Assembly (NCBI GenBank): GCA_964016885.1
Contig: OZ024749.1
Span: 7,130,001-7,194,000 of the forward strand
Direction: 5' to 3'
Length of the DNA stretch: 64,000 nucleotides
Source: Eledone cirrhosa
Taxonomy: Eukaryota
Notes under the pieces: generated by a model
What the model saw: the letters and a program-made list of their open reading frames with translations, nothing else
The model's database searches: none
Told to the model about the DNA's origin: nothing
Shown: positions 1-9,897 of the stretch, piece by piece
How positions within the stretch are numbered: the stretch's first letter is position 1
Layout of the letters: each line of letters begins with the position of its first letter
Translations under genes and position numbers: made by a program

Positions 1-1386
1 TATATAAAATTGAAATAGTATGTGTGTGTGTGTGTGTGTCCCCTAATTTTTGCAAAGTCTATACAAATCCATATTTCTACTCCGATTGACTTCAAACTTG
101 CATTTATATATTCCTTGTGGTCTAAAGATATTAACTGCAGTTTTAATTTGTCAATTTTCAGTTGTTAAAGGCATGTTAGGCGCCGGTTATCGATCTCTCA
201 CTCTCTTTATTAGTCTATCTTTTTAGATAGATACATAGCTATAAGGTCGCGCCCTTATAATATTCGCAGATTGATTTTTTTAGTTTCAGAAGATCCCGTT
301 AAGGGTGAAAGCACACGTAAGCAATCTCAATGTTACTGCTGCTACATAGGACTCCCATTACCACTGAACTTTCACCTTTGCGTTCTGCATTTCCATCCGC
401 AGGCTGACATGGAATGGTCTTCATAGTAGTCGGTTTATTGAGGGAGAAACAAAAGGGTCTCGAATTTGCCATCCAAAAAACACATTGACAATAACAAAAA
501 CCACTAAAATCAACGCAGAATGATACATTGTAGAAAACTTTAACCCGTCTTTTATTAATCAAAAAACTTCTTGCCAATAAACATTAACCCTTTGTGCGCC
601 ATTCATCTAACTGTAGATCAACAAATACCAACTAAACGGAGCGTTGAAAAGAACGATGGCGAATGAATCTTCGAGGTAAGCAGTTTCCTCCCGAGCTGTT
701 AGTTCACGCGGGATTCTCTGCTACACTTTTTCATAATAATTATTTCTACTTTAGGCACAAGGCCAGCAATTACCCAGTGCATTACTGGTACTTTATTTTA
801 TCGACCCCGTAAGGGTCGATAAATAATAATAATACCATAAATAATAATAATACCAAATAATAATACCATAATAATAATACCAAACAACATACTGCTGGTC
901 ATTCCTTCCTCCAAAAGCCGTACAAAGCAGACATGTGCATCAGGTGCAAATCTACACCAGGCCTACGCGAGAAATTTGCAAGGGACTGCACCGAGAGGGA
1001 TAGAGAGAAAGAGTAACTTAGTGGAAAGAGTGCGAATGAACTTTTGAGGTAAGTAGCCTACGCCTTACTGCTATTGCACTGGAACCTTCTGCCAACTTAA
1101 ACTGTGACTTTCTCTTTCACATTTACTCCAATAGGCCAAAACAGAGTGGAAACACCGGAGTATTTCATGGAAGGAGTATGAAAAGAAGGGGCTCAACAAT
1201 ATTTCTATGAACAATGCACGTAGACAACTAAACTGTACTTTCAACTTCTTAATTTTCTCCAAATAAAACAAGTTTCCAGCCGGTATATTTTTGCGAGTTT
1301 TTAACAGGCACTCACAAATAAACGTTTCTCACTGGAGGTGCTATTACCAATGTTCTTACCCGTGCAACGCCGGGATACACTGCTAG
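1..1386 (+). mobile_element. Non-autonomous Helitron (5' end at or just before window start), with nested SINE fragment
   Basis: Begins TATATAAAATT followed by (GT)n. Ends with GC hairpin CCCGTGCAACGCCGGG (1359-1374) and CTAG|T (1383-1387), the canonical Helitron 3' terminus. Same end architecture as 55685-56693. Confidence 0.7.
738..825 (-). mobile_element. 3' fragment of SINE family A
   Basis: Reverse complement of GGGGTCGATAAAATAAAGTACCAGTAATGCACTGGGTAATTGCTGGCCTTGTGCC..AGTAGAAA, which recurs many times in the window. Confidence 0.8.
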
Positions 1387-1668
1387 TATAATATAAAACA
1401 TAATATAAAATACACTGAATCAACAAGTTATATTAATCTATTCAATACAACGAATCCTCTTATCTCATCTTACCTCCGCAAGGTTTGAACTAAATTAATT
1501 ATATTTCATTATAATGTATTAATTTTCTTAAATACATCACCTGCTTTTATATCTTGACCAAATATAAAATATCACTTAAATAAGTATAAATGCTTAACAT
1601 ACATTAATTCAAATATATCTGCTTAGCCATAATATCCAGATAATCAATAGTACACTTTGTAAATTTAA

Positions 1669-1888
1669 CCCTTTGGCATTTACATTACTCTATATATACT
1701 ATTGTATTTTCATGGTAAAGGCTTTACTTCACATAATATCTCACATAATATCAAATTTATGAGATTTTGATGTTATTTATTTTAAGAATAATACCTTAAC
1801 ATCAGTATGAGCGGCTGGTTACGGATAGTTTGAACAGAAAGAGGTGAGAGAATTCTGGTCGGGTACGACGGGTTTATATGCTAAAAGG
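1669..1888 (+). mobile_element. piggyBac-type TTAA MITE (family P)
   Basis: TTAA|CCCTTTGGCATTTA ... TATATGCTAAAAGG|TTAA termini. Body is shared with at least 6 other copies in the window. Confidence 0.8.
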
Positions 1889-2158
1889 TTAAATAAGTGT
1901 AAATGCTTAACATGCATTAATTCAAATATATCTGCTTAGCAATGATATCTAGATAATTAACAGTCTACTTCGTTAATTTAACACCACTTCAACGCATTAA
2001 ATTACGCTCCTTAAACTTCTGAAATGATATTCCGAAATATGTAAATATTACTAATATACTCTTCTCACATATAAATAAATATTAACGATTATTTAATAAT
2101 TTAGTAGATAGAATATGTCTGTAACAACTGAAACATTAAATACTATATATATATATGT

Positions 2159-2497
2159 GGAGACACATGGCTTAGTGGTTAGAGCATTGGCCTTGCAATC
2201 GAAAGGCTGTGAGTTCAATTCTCAGACAGGGTGATGTGTTGTTTCCTTGAGCAAGACACTTTATTTCACATTGCTCCTGTTTACCCAGCTGTAGAAATGA
2301 GATGATAGGGACTGGGGTCCATATCATTCCACTGTAAAGTGGTCATGGAGGTGCCACAGCAAAAAAGCACCCAGCACTCACTGTAAATGAGGTTGGTGTT
2401 AGGAAGGGCATCCAGCTGTAGAAATCAAGCCAGAATCAGTTCCCGCCCCACCCTTGCAAGCAGGGAAAAGCGGACGTAAAATGATGATGATGATGAT
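2159..2497 (+). mobile_element. SINE family B: tRNA-like head + CORE-like domain + RTE-derived 3' part + (GAT)n tail
   Basis: A box TGGCTTAGTGG, B box GAGTTCAATTC, CORE-like TCCTTGAGCAAGACACTTTA. 3' half matches the LINE 3' UTR at 15350-15503. Flanked by (TA)n. Confidence 0.85.
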
Positions 2498-2556
2498 ATA
2501 TATATATATATATAAACAATGAGTTATTTGGTTTGTTGATTATTCAACAATTATTG

Positions 2557-2617
2557 TATTTTATCTGACGAAAGCGTACTAAAATATTAGTATCCTTGAA
2601 ATACGTATAATAAAATA
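2557..2617 (+). ncRNA. Type I minimal hammerhead ribozyme (family H1)
   Basis: Stem I TATTTTAT/ATAAAATA; core CTGACGA (2565-2571); stem II AAGcGTACTAA-AATA-TTAGTATcCTT; GAAA; palindromic stem III TACGTA; AUA triplet, cleavage predicted after 2609. Confidence 0.8.
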
Positions 2618-2787
2618 AATATGGTTTTATAAAGATATTTTCCATTTATTAATATTATGTATACATATATATAATATATTCACTGCGTATAACTTCATGA
2701 TTCACAATATAACGTTAGGTTTGCAGTAAATATATTTTAACCCTATTAAATCTGTTAGATTGCCAGGGATAAATATGAGGAAGGTAT

Positions 2788-2830
2788 ACGGTGTTGATGA
2801 CAGCTAACAAGCTAGAAACTAGTTCATCGT
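2788..2830 (+). ncRNA. Degenerate minimal hammerhead motif (family H2)
   Basis: Stem I ACGGTG/CATCGT; core TTGATGA (C3>U); stem II cAGCT-AACA-AGCTa; GAAA; palindromic AACTAGTT; GUU triplet. Confidence 0.55.
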
Positions 2831-3312
2831 TCCTTTGTCAGTGTTGAACAAAAGGGCAACGATGGTTGCCGAACACTGTATGGCTTAATTCGAACAAACC
2901 GAATTAAACAAACCGAACATTATAATAAATGTTCGGTAAACCCATATATATATATATATGTGCATGTATGTATATACATACTACTGTATGTCCGTATACA
3001 TATATGTATGTACGTATACATACTTATAATATGAATATTGCTTTGTTAAAACTCTATATATTCAAATTTCTTTTTGGCTGGAAAACTTTACACACAAATA
3101 ACACCATTTTTTAAACTATGAATTCATTATAAAAATCACAACTTTCAACACAACTGAAACTATATTTTTTGGACTGCAATGAACTACATTTGTAAAGGTA
3201 ACGTTTTGTCTTGATATTCTAATGAGTGATATATATTATCTGTTCTGCATGATCCTATCATTGCATTGAGCTAAAATACACTTAGTAAGTGAGTAAAATG
3301 TTACTCTCATTC

Positions 3313-3402
3313 TGCCTTTCATCCTCAGGGGGTCGATAAAATAAAGTACCAGTAATGTACTGGGATAATTGCTGGCCTTGTGCCAAAAGTAGAAACAATT
3401 AT
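3313..3402 (+). mobile_element. SINE family A 3' fragment
   Basis: GCCTTTCATCC..GGGGTCGATAAAATAAAGTACCAG..TTGTGCCAAAAGTAGAAACAATTAT. Confidence 0.8.
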
Positions 3403-3405
3403 ATA

Positions 3406-3468
<63 letters not shown>

Positions 3469-3470
<2 letters not shown>

Positions 3471-3657
3471 CGGAGGAAATGTGGTAAGGAACCAGGTGGA
3501 CCATAACGCACCAAAGTACTCCATACTTAGGGTAGTAGAGTGGGTAATAGGAACGAGTAGGACCCCGACGGCTGAGCTCAAGCCGTTTCGACAGCTAATT
3601 CTGGACTGAATTAGCCGTCGAAACGGCTTGAGCTCAGCCGTTGGGGTCCTACTCATT

Positions 3658-3660
<3 letters not shown>
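3469..3660. mobile_element. (TA)n-embedded foldback element carrying the 3' half of a hammerhead (family H8, Penelope-like pLTR remnant)
   Basis: Inverted arms around 3602-3607. Arms read GAAA-CGGCT-TGAGCTC-AGCCG-TC/TT (stem III + GUC/GUU). Related copies at 4484-4607, 5893-6080 and 57002-57130. Confidence 0.6.
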
Positions 3661-3694
<34 letters not shown>

Positions 3695-3755
3695 AAATAA
3701 AAAGAGTAAAGACTCCTTTTGGTCACGAATGACCATGGAATTTGAACCTAGAAAG

Positions 3756-3822
<67 letters not shown>

Positions 3823-3823
<1 letters not shown>

Positions 3824-4100
3824 ATCATCATCCAGATTTTGGTTATGCAGGACACAATTAATCCCTAAGTAGGGGTGGGCATTGTTTTATGTGATTCTGT
3901 CAACTGGTCTCACTTGGACCAGGCCAAGCGTCCAGCCAAGTCCTTTTTGGTCTTCCTGGACCTCTACTACCTCCTGGATTAACATTCATCACTTTGCTGA
4001 TCCAGCCTCCGCTGCACTCAACATGGCTGTACCAGCGCACGACTCTCATGTGAAGCACAACCTTGAGGTCGTCGACCAGCCGTCTTTTAAGGAGCTCAGT
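3823..4100 (-). mobile_element. 5'-truncated RTE-clade LINE 3' end (distinct family)
   Basis: Minus-strand translation ..RVVRWYSHVECSGGWISKV..GSRGPGRPKRTW matches the RTE C-terminal R.RW.GHV..RGRP..TW motif. Short (GAT)n tail abuts (TA)n. Confidence 0.7.
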
Positions 4101-4110
4101 ATATATATAT

Positions 4111-4460
4111 GGAGGCATATGGCTTAGTGGTTAGAGCATTGACCTTGCAATCAAAAGTTTGTGAGTTCAATTCTCAGACCGGGTGATGTGTTGTTTCCTT
4201 GAGCAAGACACTTTATTTCACATTGCTCCAGTTTACTCAGCTGTAGAAATGAGATGATAGGGACTGGGGTCCCTATCATTCCACTGCAAAGTGGTCGTGG
4301 AGGTGCCACGGTAAAATAGCACCCAGCACTCACTGTAAATGAGGTTGGTGTTAGGAAGGGCATCCAGCTGTAGAAATCAAGCCAGAATCAGTTCCCCCCC
4401 CCCCCACCTTGCAAGCAGGGAAAAGCGGACGTAAAGTAAAATGAATGATGAATGAAATGA
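4111..4460 (+). mobile_element. SINE family B, full length
   Basis: Near-identical to 2159-2497; flanked by (TA)n. Confidence 0.85.
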
Positions 4461-4483
4461 TATGTATATATATATATATATAT

Positions 4484-4605
4484 GGGAAGAAAAGAGTCAG
4501 GACCTCGATGGCTGAGCTCCGGCCGTTTCGACAGCTAGATCTTCTCTAAGTATTGAGTACTCTGGTGCATTATGGTCCACCTGGTTTCTCACCAGATTTT
4601 CTTTG

Positions 4606-4607
<2 letters not shown>
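4484..4607. mobile_element. Family H8 element, internally inverted fragment
   Basis: First half is collinear with 3548-3598; second half is the reverse complement of 3469-3530. (TA)n on both sides. Confidence 0.65.
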
Positions 4608-4641
<34 letters not shown>

Positions 4642-4644
<3 letters not shown>

Positions 4645-5880
4645 AAGTTCTAATTTGTAGGAAAGAAAACAAGGCGGCGGTCCATTCTGGGAAATGGTCA
4701 TGCTCGGTGTGTAGGAAAGGCGTAGGTAGAAACTCCATTTTATGTCCTAAATGCAAAGTATGGGTGCATAAAAGATGTAGTGGGATCACAGGTAAGCTAA
4801 CTAAGAACATAGATTTTACATGTGGCCGGTGTTCTGGTGCAATAAGTAGCAGCAAGTGCCCACAAAATACTAGCTCTTTCAATTGCGCAGAGGGTTCTAT
4901 AGAAATAGTGGACAGCTTCCGTTACCTGGGCGATAAAATCAGCAGTGGGGGAGGGTGCTCTGAAAGTACAGTAGCTAGAGTCAGAACTGGTTGGAAAAAG
5001 TTCAGAGAGCTTATACCACTATTAGCTGCTAAAGGGTTCTCCCTAAAAATGAAAGGCAGGTTGTACGATGCCTGCATACGAACAGCAATGCTGCATGGCA
5101 GTGAGACCTGGGCATTGTGTGCAGAGGATATACGCAGACTAGAGAGGAACGAAGCTTGCATGCTCCGCTGGATGTGTAACAGTAATATATGTGAACGGCA
5201 AAGCATAAACGAACTAAGGAAAAAATTAGAGATAAGAGGGATCAGATGTTGTTTACTCAAGAGAAGGCTACGTTGGTATGGACACGTGATGCGCATGAAA
5301 ATCGATAGCTGTATAACAAAGTGCAGGGCAATAAAGATAGACGGTAGTCACGGAATAGGCAGACCTAGAAAAACCTGGGACGAGCTGATAAACTCCGACA
5401 TCACACACTTACACCTCTCCAAGACAATGTCACTGGACCGAGACCTTTGGCGGTACTCAGTAACAGAGAAGACCCGCCTTACCTAAATATATAGTAAAAC
5501 CTACTCCAACCAGTAGGCATCTCTAACAAAATACACCCCGTCCCACCACCACCACCCCCACCCCATCCACACCACCCCGTTCTATGTAAAGTTATGTTGG
5601 TGCCGCGCCATAGGCCGAAACAAATGAGATCGTGTAGGTGTCACGACAAAAAAACACAGTCCACGCTGTAATGTGGCCGTGTAGGCAACACGGTAAAAAC
5701 CTCCCAGACCCACACTGTAAATGTGGTTGGTGTTAGGAAGGGCATCCAGCTGTAGAAAACCTGCCAGACAGTCCTATGCGAGCAAGACAACCACTCTTGC
5801 CTCAAGTGGGAAAACCCCCGTCCAAACCCATGCAAGCGTGGAACACGGACGTGAACCGTTGATGATGATGATGATGATGA
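4642..5880 (+). mobile_element. 5'-truncated RTE LINE, sister subfamily of the full-length element (PHD finger, RT domain 7, C-terminus, 3' UTR, (GAT)n tail)
   Basis: Open frame to the stop at 5486 aligns with roughly aa 755-1035 of the 12196 ORF. The ORF-track N-terminus (4572-4641) is microsatellite read-through. Confidence 0.92.
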
Positions 5881-5892
5881 TATATATATATA

Positions 5893-6076
5893 ACGAAGGA
5901 AATGTGGTAAGGAACCAGGTGGACCATAACGCACCAAAGTACTCAATACTTAGGGTAGTAGAGTGGGTAATAGGAACGAGTAGGACCCCAACGGCTGAGC
6001 TCAAGCTGTTTCGACGGCTAATTCTGGACTCTGTCCAGAATTAGCCGTTGAATCAGCCGTCGGGATCCTACTCGTT

Positions 6077-6080
<4 letters not shown>
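5893..6080. mobile_element. Family H8 foldback element
   Basis: Near-identical to 3469-3660. Central hairpin GACGGCTAATTCTGGAC-TCT-GTCCAGAATTAGCCGTT. Confidence 0.65.
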
Positions 6081-6113
<33 letters not shown>

Positions 6114-6382
6114 TTTAATTTAACGAGGTATCATTTAAGGTAATCCAAGTAGAGGTTATCAGTACTCTGTGTCGAGGATAATTTTAACGTTCGGCGTTGT
6201 TTGACTCAACAAGAAGTTTCCACAGTTGTGGTGACGTGGCCTTTTACAAACAGCAGTTTTTAGACACACCAGACTAATGAAACATTCCTTAATACTTTGA
6301 ATAAACCCTATTGTACAGCCGATCCATGTTATTCTGCACTCATATATATATTCACACACATATACGTATATGTATATATATT

Positions 6383-6418
<36 letters not shown>

Positions 6419-6531
6419 ATCATCATTTCATTTTACGTTCGCTTTTTCCCTGCTTGCAAGGGTGGGACGGGAACTATATATATATATACAATGTAAATAA
6501 TAATCAAAGAGTGTTTAATCTTTCAAACATT

Positions 6532-6589
6532 TAATAACTAACAATCGTTTCATCCCAGCACAAGGCAGGGATAATCATCAGAGTTATTA
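6532..6589 (-). ncRNA. Hammerhead motif (family H3) in foldback element 6488-6720
   Basis: Minus strand: TAATAACT CTGATGA tt ATCCC..GGGAT GAAA CGATTG TT AGTTATTA. 8-bp stem I, two extra nt after the core, near-palindromic stem III. Confidence 0.65.
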
Positions 6590-6771
6590 CAAAAGTTAAA
6601 CACAAATATAGGATCAAATCTTTGTCACAAGAACATTCCTGCCTTGCGTTAGGATGAAACGATTGTTAGTTTTTAAATGTTTGAAAGATTAAACACTCTT
6701 AGGTTATTATTTACATTGTACATATATATATATATATATATGATATATATACATATATATATTTGAAAAGG

Positions 6772-6832
<61 letters not shown>

Positions 6833-6998
6833 GTAGGAGGTGAGTTTTATTGTAGCACAATAAAGCAATGCAAATATCGGATAAGTATCACTCTACACTT
6901 TTTCCCCATCTCATACATCAATCTTAAATTATTTTTCATATGTTGATTTAAAACTTCACTATTCACAAGTGTTTTTTAAGCTTCATATCATGTATCCC

Positions 6999-7069
6999 TA
7001 TTTTATCTGATGAAAACGCAAATATCATCCCATGATGATATTTGTTTTTGAAATGTGCATAATAAAATA
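6999..7069 (+). ncRNA. Hammerhead ribozyme (family H4) in element 6832-7103
   Basis: TATTTTAT CTGATGA AAAcGCAAATATCATC-CCAT-GATGATATTTGTtTTT GAAA TGTGCA TA ATAAAATA. Cleavage predicted after 7061. Confidence 0.8.
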
Positions 7070-7101
7070 CTTGGAACTCTTTTAACCATCTTTTGATCTT
7101 T

Positions 7102-7145
<44 letters not shown>

Positions 7146-7148
<3 letters not shown>

Positions 7149-7430
7149 TCATCATCACCGTTTTGCGTCCGTTCTTCCATGCTAGCATGGGTTAGACGGG
7201 TTGTCCTGTTGTGGGCAGTGTCTGGTCGGTTGACCATGCGTTGCTCATACAGGAACTGATTTGGCTTGATTTCTACAGCTGGATGCCCTTCCTAACACCA
7301 ACCACATTTACAGTGAGTGCTGGGTGCTTTTTCGTGGCGCCTACACGTCCACTTTACAGTGTGGGCTGGGTGCTTTTTTGCCGTGGCACCTCCACGACCA
7401 CCTTGCAGTGGGAGGGTGTGGGGGCATATT
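7146..7430 (-). mobile_element. 3' UTR-only copy of the full-length RTE LINE
   Basis: Reverse complement nearly identical to about 15330-15610, including the (GAT)n tail. Confidence 0.9.
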
Positions 7431-7453
7431 GTCTAAATATATATATACATACA

Positions 7454-7582
7454 TGGATGCACATGGCTTAGTGGTTAGAGCATTGGCCTTGCAATCGAAA
7501 GATTGTGAGTTCAATTCTCAGACCGGGTGATGTGTTGTTTCCTTGAGCAAGACACTTTATTTCACATTGCTGATGATGATGA
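7454..7582 (+). mobile_element. SINE B head fused directly to a (GAT)n tail
   Basis: tRNA-like head and CORE-like segment, then TGATGATGATGAT. Confidence 0.7.
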
Positions 7583-7862
7583 TACACACACACATATATA
7601 TATTTATATATAAATGTAATCTGAGTATTAATAATAACATTCAATTCGTTTGCAATTATGCAAGCAGCATCTTTTAAGCCATGTCGGTAGAATGAACCCT
7701 TCATTCTTGCTTTTGTGTTGGCATGTAAACAGAACTGCAGACACTAATGTTTCTGGGTGATTACACTTCACTAGCTCTGACAGATGGCAGATGAAAAGTA
7801 AACTGCAATGATGGAGGATAATCATCCATAAACAGTGTCACCAGTTCTGTTTACATGCCAAC

Positions 7863-8088
7863 TTGCTGGCCACTGTCACCGTGCCAGCAATGAAATCATA
7901 TCCGCTCTCTTGCTCTGGAACCCTGACTCCAGCCTGACTAGGAGTAGGAAGCTGTCATTCCCTGACGTTATCTCTAGGGATACGGGAATCAGCAGACAGG
8001 ACCTGGGGGCAGCGATGGGGGACAGGGGATTCTGAGGCATGAGAGTGAGATCCATCATCTCGACAGTAGTCGACGAGTGATGATGATG
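7863..8088 (+). mobile_element. 5'-truncated RTE-type LINE with 10-bp TSD, nested in foldback element ~7613-8228
   Basis: Translation AGHCHRASNEIISALLLWNP..FPDVISRDTG..AMGDR is an RTE-like C-terminus. (GAT)n tail. TSD ACATGCCAAC at 7853-7862 and 8089-8098. Confidence 0.8.
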
Positions 8089-8255
8089 ACATGCCAACAC
8101 AAGTGCAAGAATGAGGGGCTCATTCTACTGACATGGCTTAAAAGAGGCTGTTTGCATAATTTCAAACGAAAAACGCAGATTACATTTATTGTATTCAGCC
8201 ATGTAGAGCGATAACTTTTTGTTTTATAATATATATATATAGTTTTAATATAGCT

Positions 8256-8350
8256 GAGATTCTACAGGACTAGAATTGTTTCATTCTTTAGAAATCATCA
8301 GGAATCCCTGATGATTTCTAAAGAATGAAACAGTTCTAGTCCTGTAGGAT
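8256..8350. ncRNA. Two divergent, overlapping hammerhead motifs (family H5)
   Basis: Plus: ATCC CTGATGA tTTC-TAAA-GAAt GAAA CAG-TTCTAGTC-CTG TA GGAT (8304-8350). Minus: GGGATTC CTGATGA..GAAA CAA..CTG TA GAATCTC (8308-8256). Confidence 0.65.
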
Positions 8351-8431
8351 CTCATCTATATTAAAACATTTATACTCTGCTATTGAGTACCTTACTTACT
8401 GTGGTTACCTCCGATTCAACCCGGAATAATG

Positions 8432-8455
<24 letters not shown>

Positions 8456-8462
<7 letters not shown>

Positions 8463-9332
8463 GTGAGGTTTTTTTTACAAAATGAAAAACAACCGCGGTG
8501 TCCTACACGAGTGAAAGTATAAAGAAAAAGAGATGAAATCGAAAATGCAACTAGAGTCTTATTTTTTTAAATAAGGGTGCGAAAATGTAATGAAAACTTG
8601 TTCACATGACAGCCAAATTTCATTTATAACCAATCAAATCACGTTTATTAAAAAAAAGCCTTCGTGAGCCACCTTTTTTTTAAGTAAAGAAATTCAAACA
8701 CACACAACACACACAAGCACACAAATAAACATACATATCTTTACTTTCTTTATTCAATAGAAAATCTGAATTCTGACACCCCAGCGAACTAACCATATTC
8801 ACTGAACCAGAACAATTCTTCCATCCCTTTCTCTTGACCATTATCTTTCACTTATCATAAAATTCTCTAAAAAGGCTACAGAATGGATTTCAAATAAGGG
8901 CACGGAAATTTAATGAAAACTTGTTCACGTGACAGCATTAATTTCATTTATAACCAACCAAAAAAAAGCCTTCGTGAGCCCCTTTTTTCAAGTAAAAAGA
9001 AATTCAAACACTCATATTTGAAAAAAGAACCTGTGAGAACCCCCCCTCTTATTTGAAGAACTATTGTAACGCGAACTGGTGCAAAATTTATTATAATTAT
9101 TGACAAACCAATCAAATTACTTCTCGAAAAACCTGGCATTTCGAGCCACTTTTTCCATATAAAACAAGTAACATTCAGAGACCAACCAGATGTGAGAAAA
9201 ACCACAGACCCTCCATCTCAACTCACCTTTTGAAAAGCAGAAGAACTGCGAAACCGGTAAAGGAACCAAATAAATATATATATTTAAAAAAAAAATAAGA
9301 CTCCAGTTGCATTTTCGATTTCATCTCTTTTT

Positions 9333-9339
<7 letters not shown>
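8456..9339 (+). mobile_element. Non-coding Penelope-like element (family H6) with inverted 5' segment and internal duplication
   Basis: (TA)n flanks. 8518-8568 is inverted relative to 9286-9339. ~8567-8700 is duplicated at ~8892-9012. 9197-9339 is near-identical to 48017-48159. Confidence 0.65.
9226..9263 (+). ncRNA. Minimal hammerhead, U3-A8 core variant (family H6)
   Basis: CCTT TTGAAAA GCAG-AAGAA-CTGC GAAA CCGG TA AAGG. Palindromic ACCGGT stem III; GUA triplet. Confidence 0.75.
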
Positions 9340-9386
<47 letters not shown>

Positions 9387-9426
9387 GATATTAAATAAAT
9401 GGAAACTATATTTATAAAACCATATT

Positions 9427-9492
9427 TATTTCATTATATATATTTCAGGGATATCATATTAAAAATATGGTATGCCTTCTTCAGACAAAATA
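9427..9492 (-). ncRNA. Hammerhead (family H1)
   Basis: Minus: TATTTTGT CTGAAGA AGGcATAcCATATT-TTT-AATATGaTATcCCT GAAA TATATA TA ATGAAATA. Confidence 0.75.
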
Positions 9493-9897
9493 CAATATAA
9501 ACAGTCTTATAAATAGATAGATTTGACATACCTTACAACTTCAACTTCCATTTAAAAAGTTGATTTGGTAGTGAAAAATGTTAGGGACAGTTATAAAAAG
9601 AAAGAAAGAAAGAAAGCGAAGAAAAAGAAGAAATGCATGCAACGAAAAACAGAGAGAGATAGATATAGAGAGATAGATAGAGAGAGAGAAGAAATTCATG
9701 TAAAGAAAAAACAGAGAGAGATAGATAGAGAGAGAAAAAAACACAGAGGGAGATAGATAGTGTTTTTCTCAAAGTCTCAAACACTGAGTGTATTGGACAT
9801 CATTAGAAACAATATTTCAATTGGTTTTTCCATTGTTGATACTATCTACCAGTTGCAACTCATGGTAGAATGTGTAACATATAATAAAGTGCCTTGT

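Noticed and set aside
299-577. 92-aa ORF in the Helitron
   Set aside because: No Rep/helicase motifs recognised.
2159-2232. tRNA gene
   Set aside because: A/B boxes are present, but it continues into a SINE body in multiple copies and has no clean cloverleaf.
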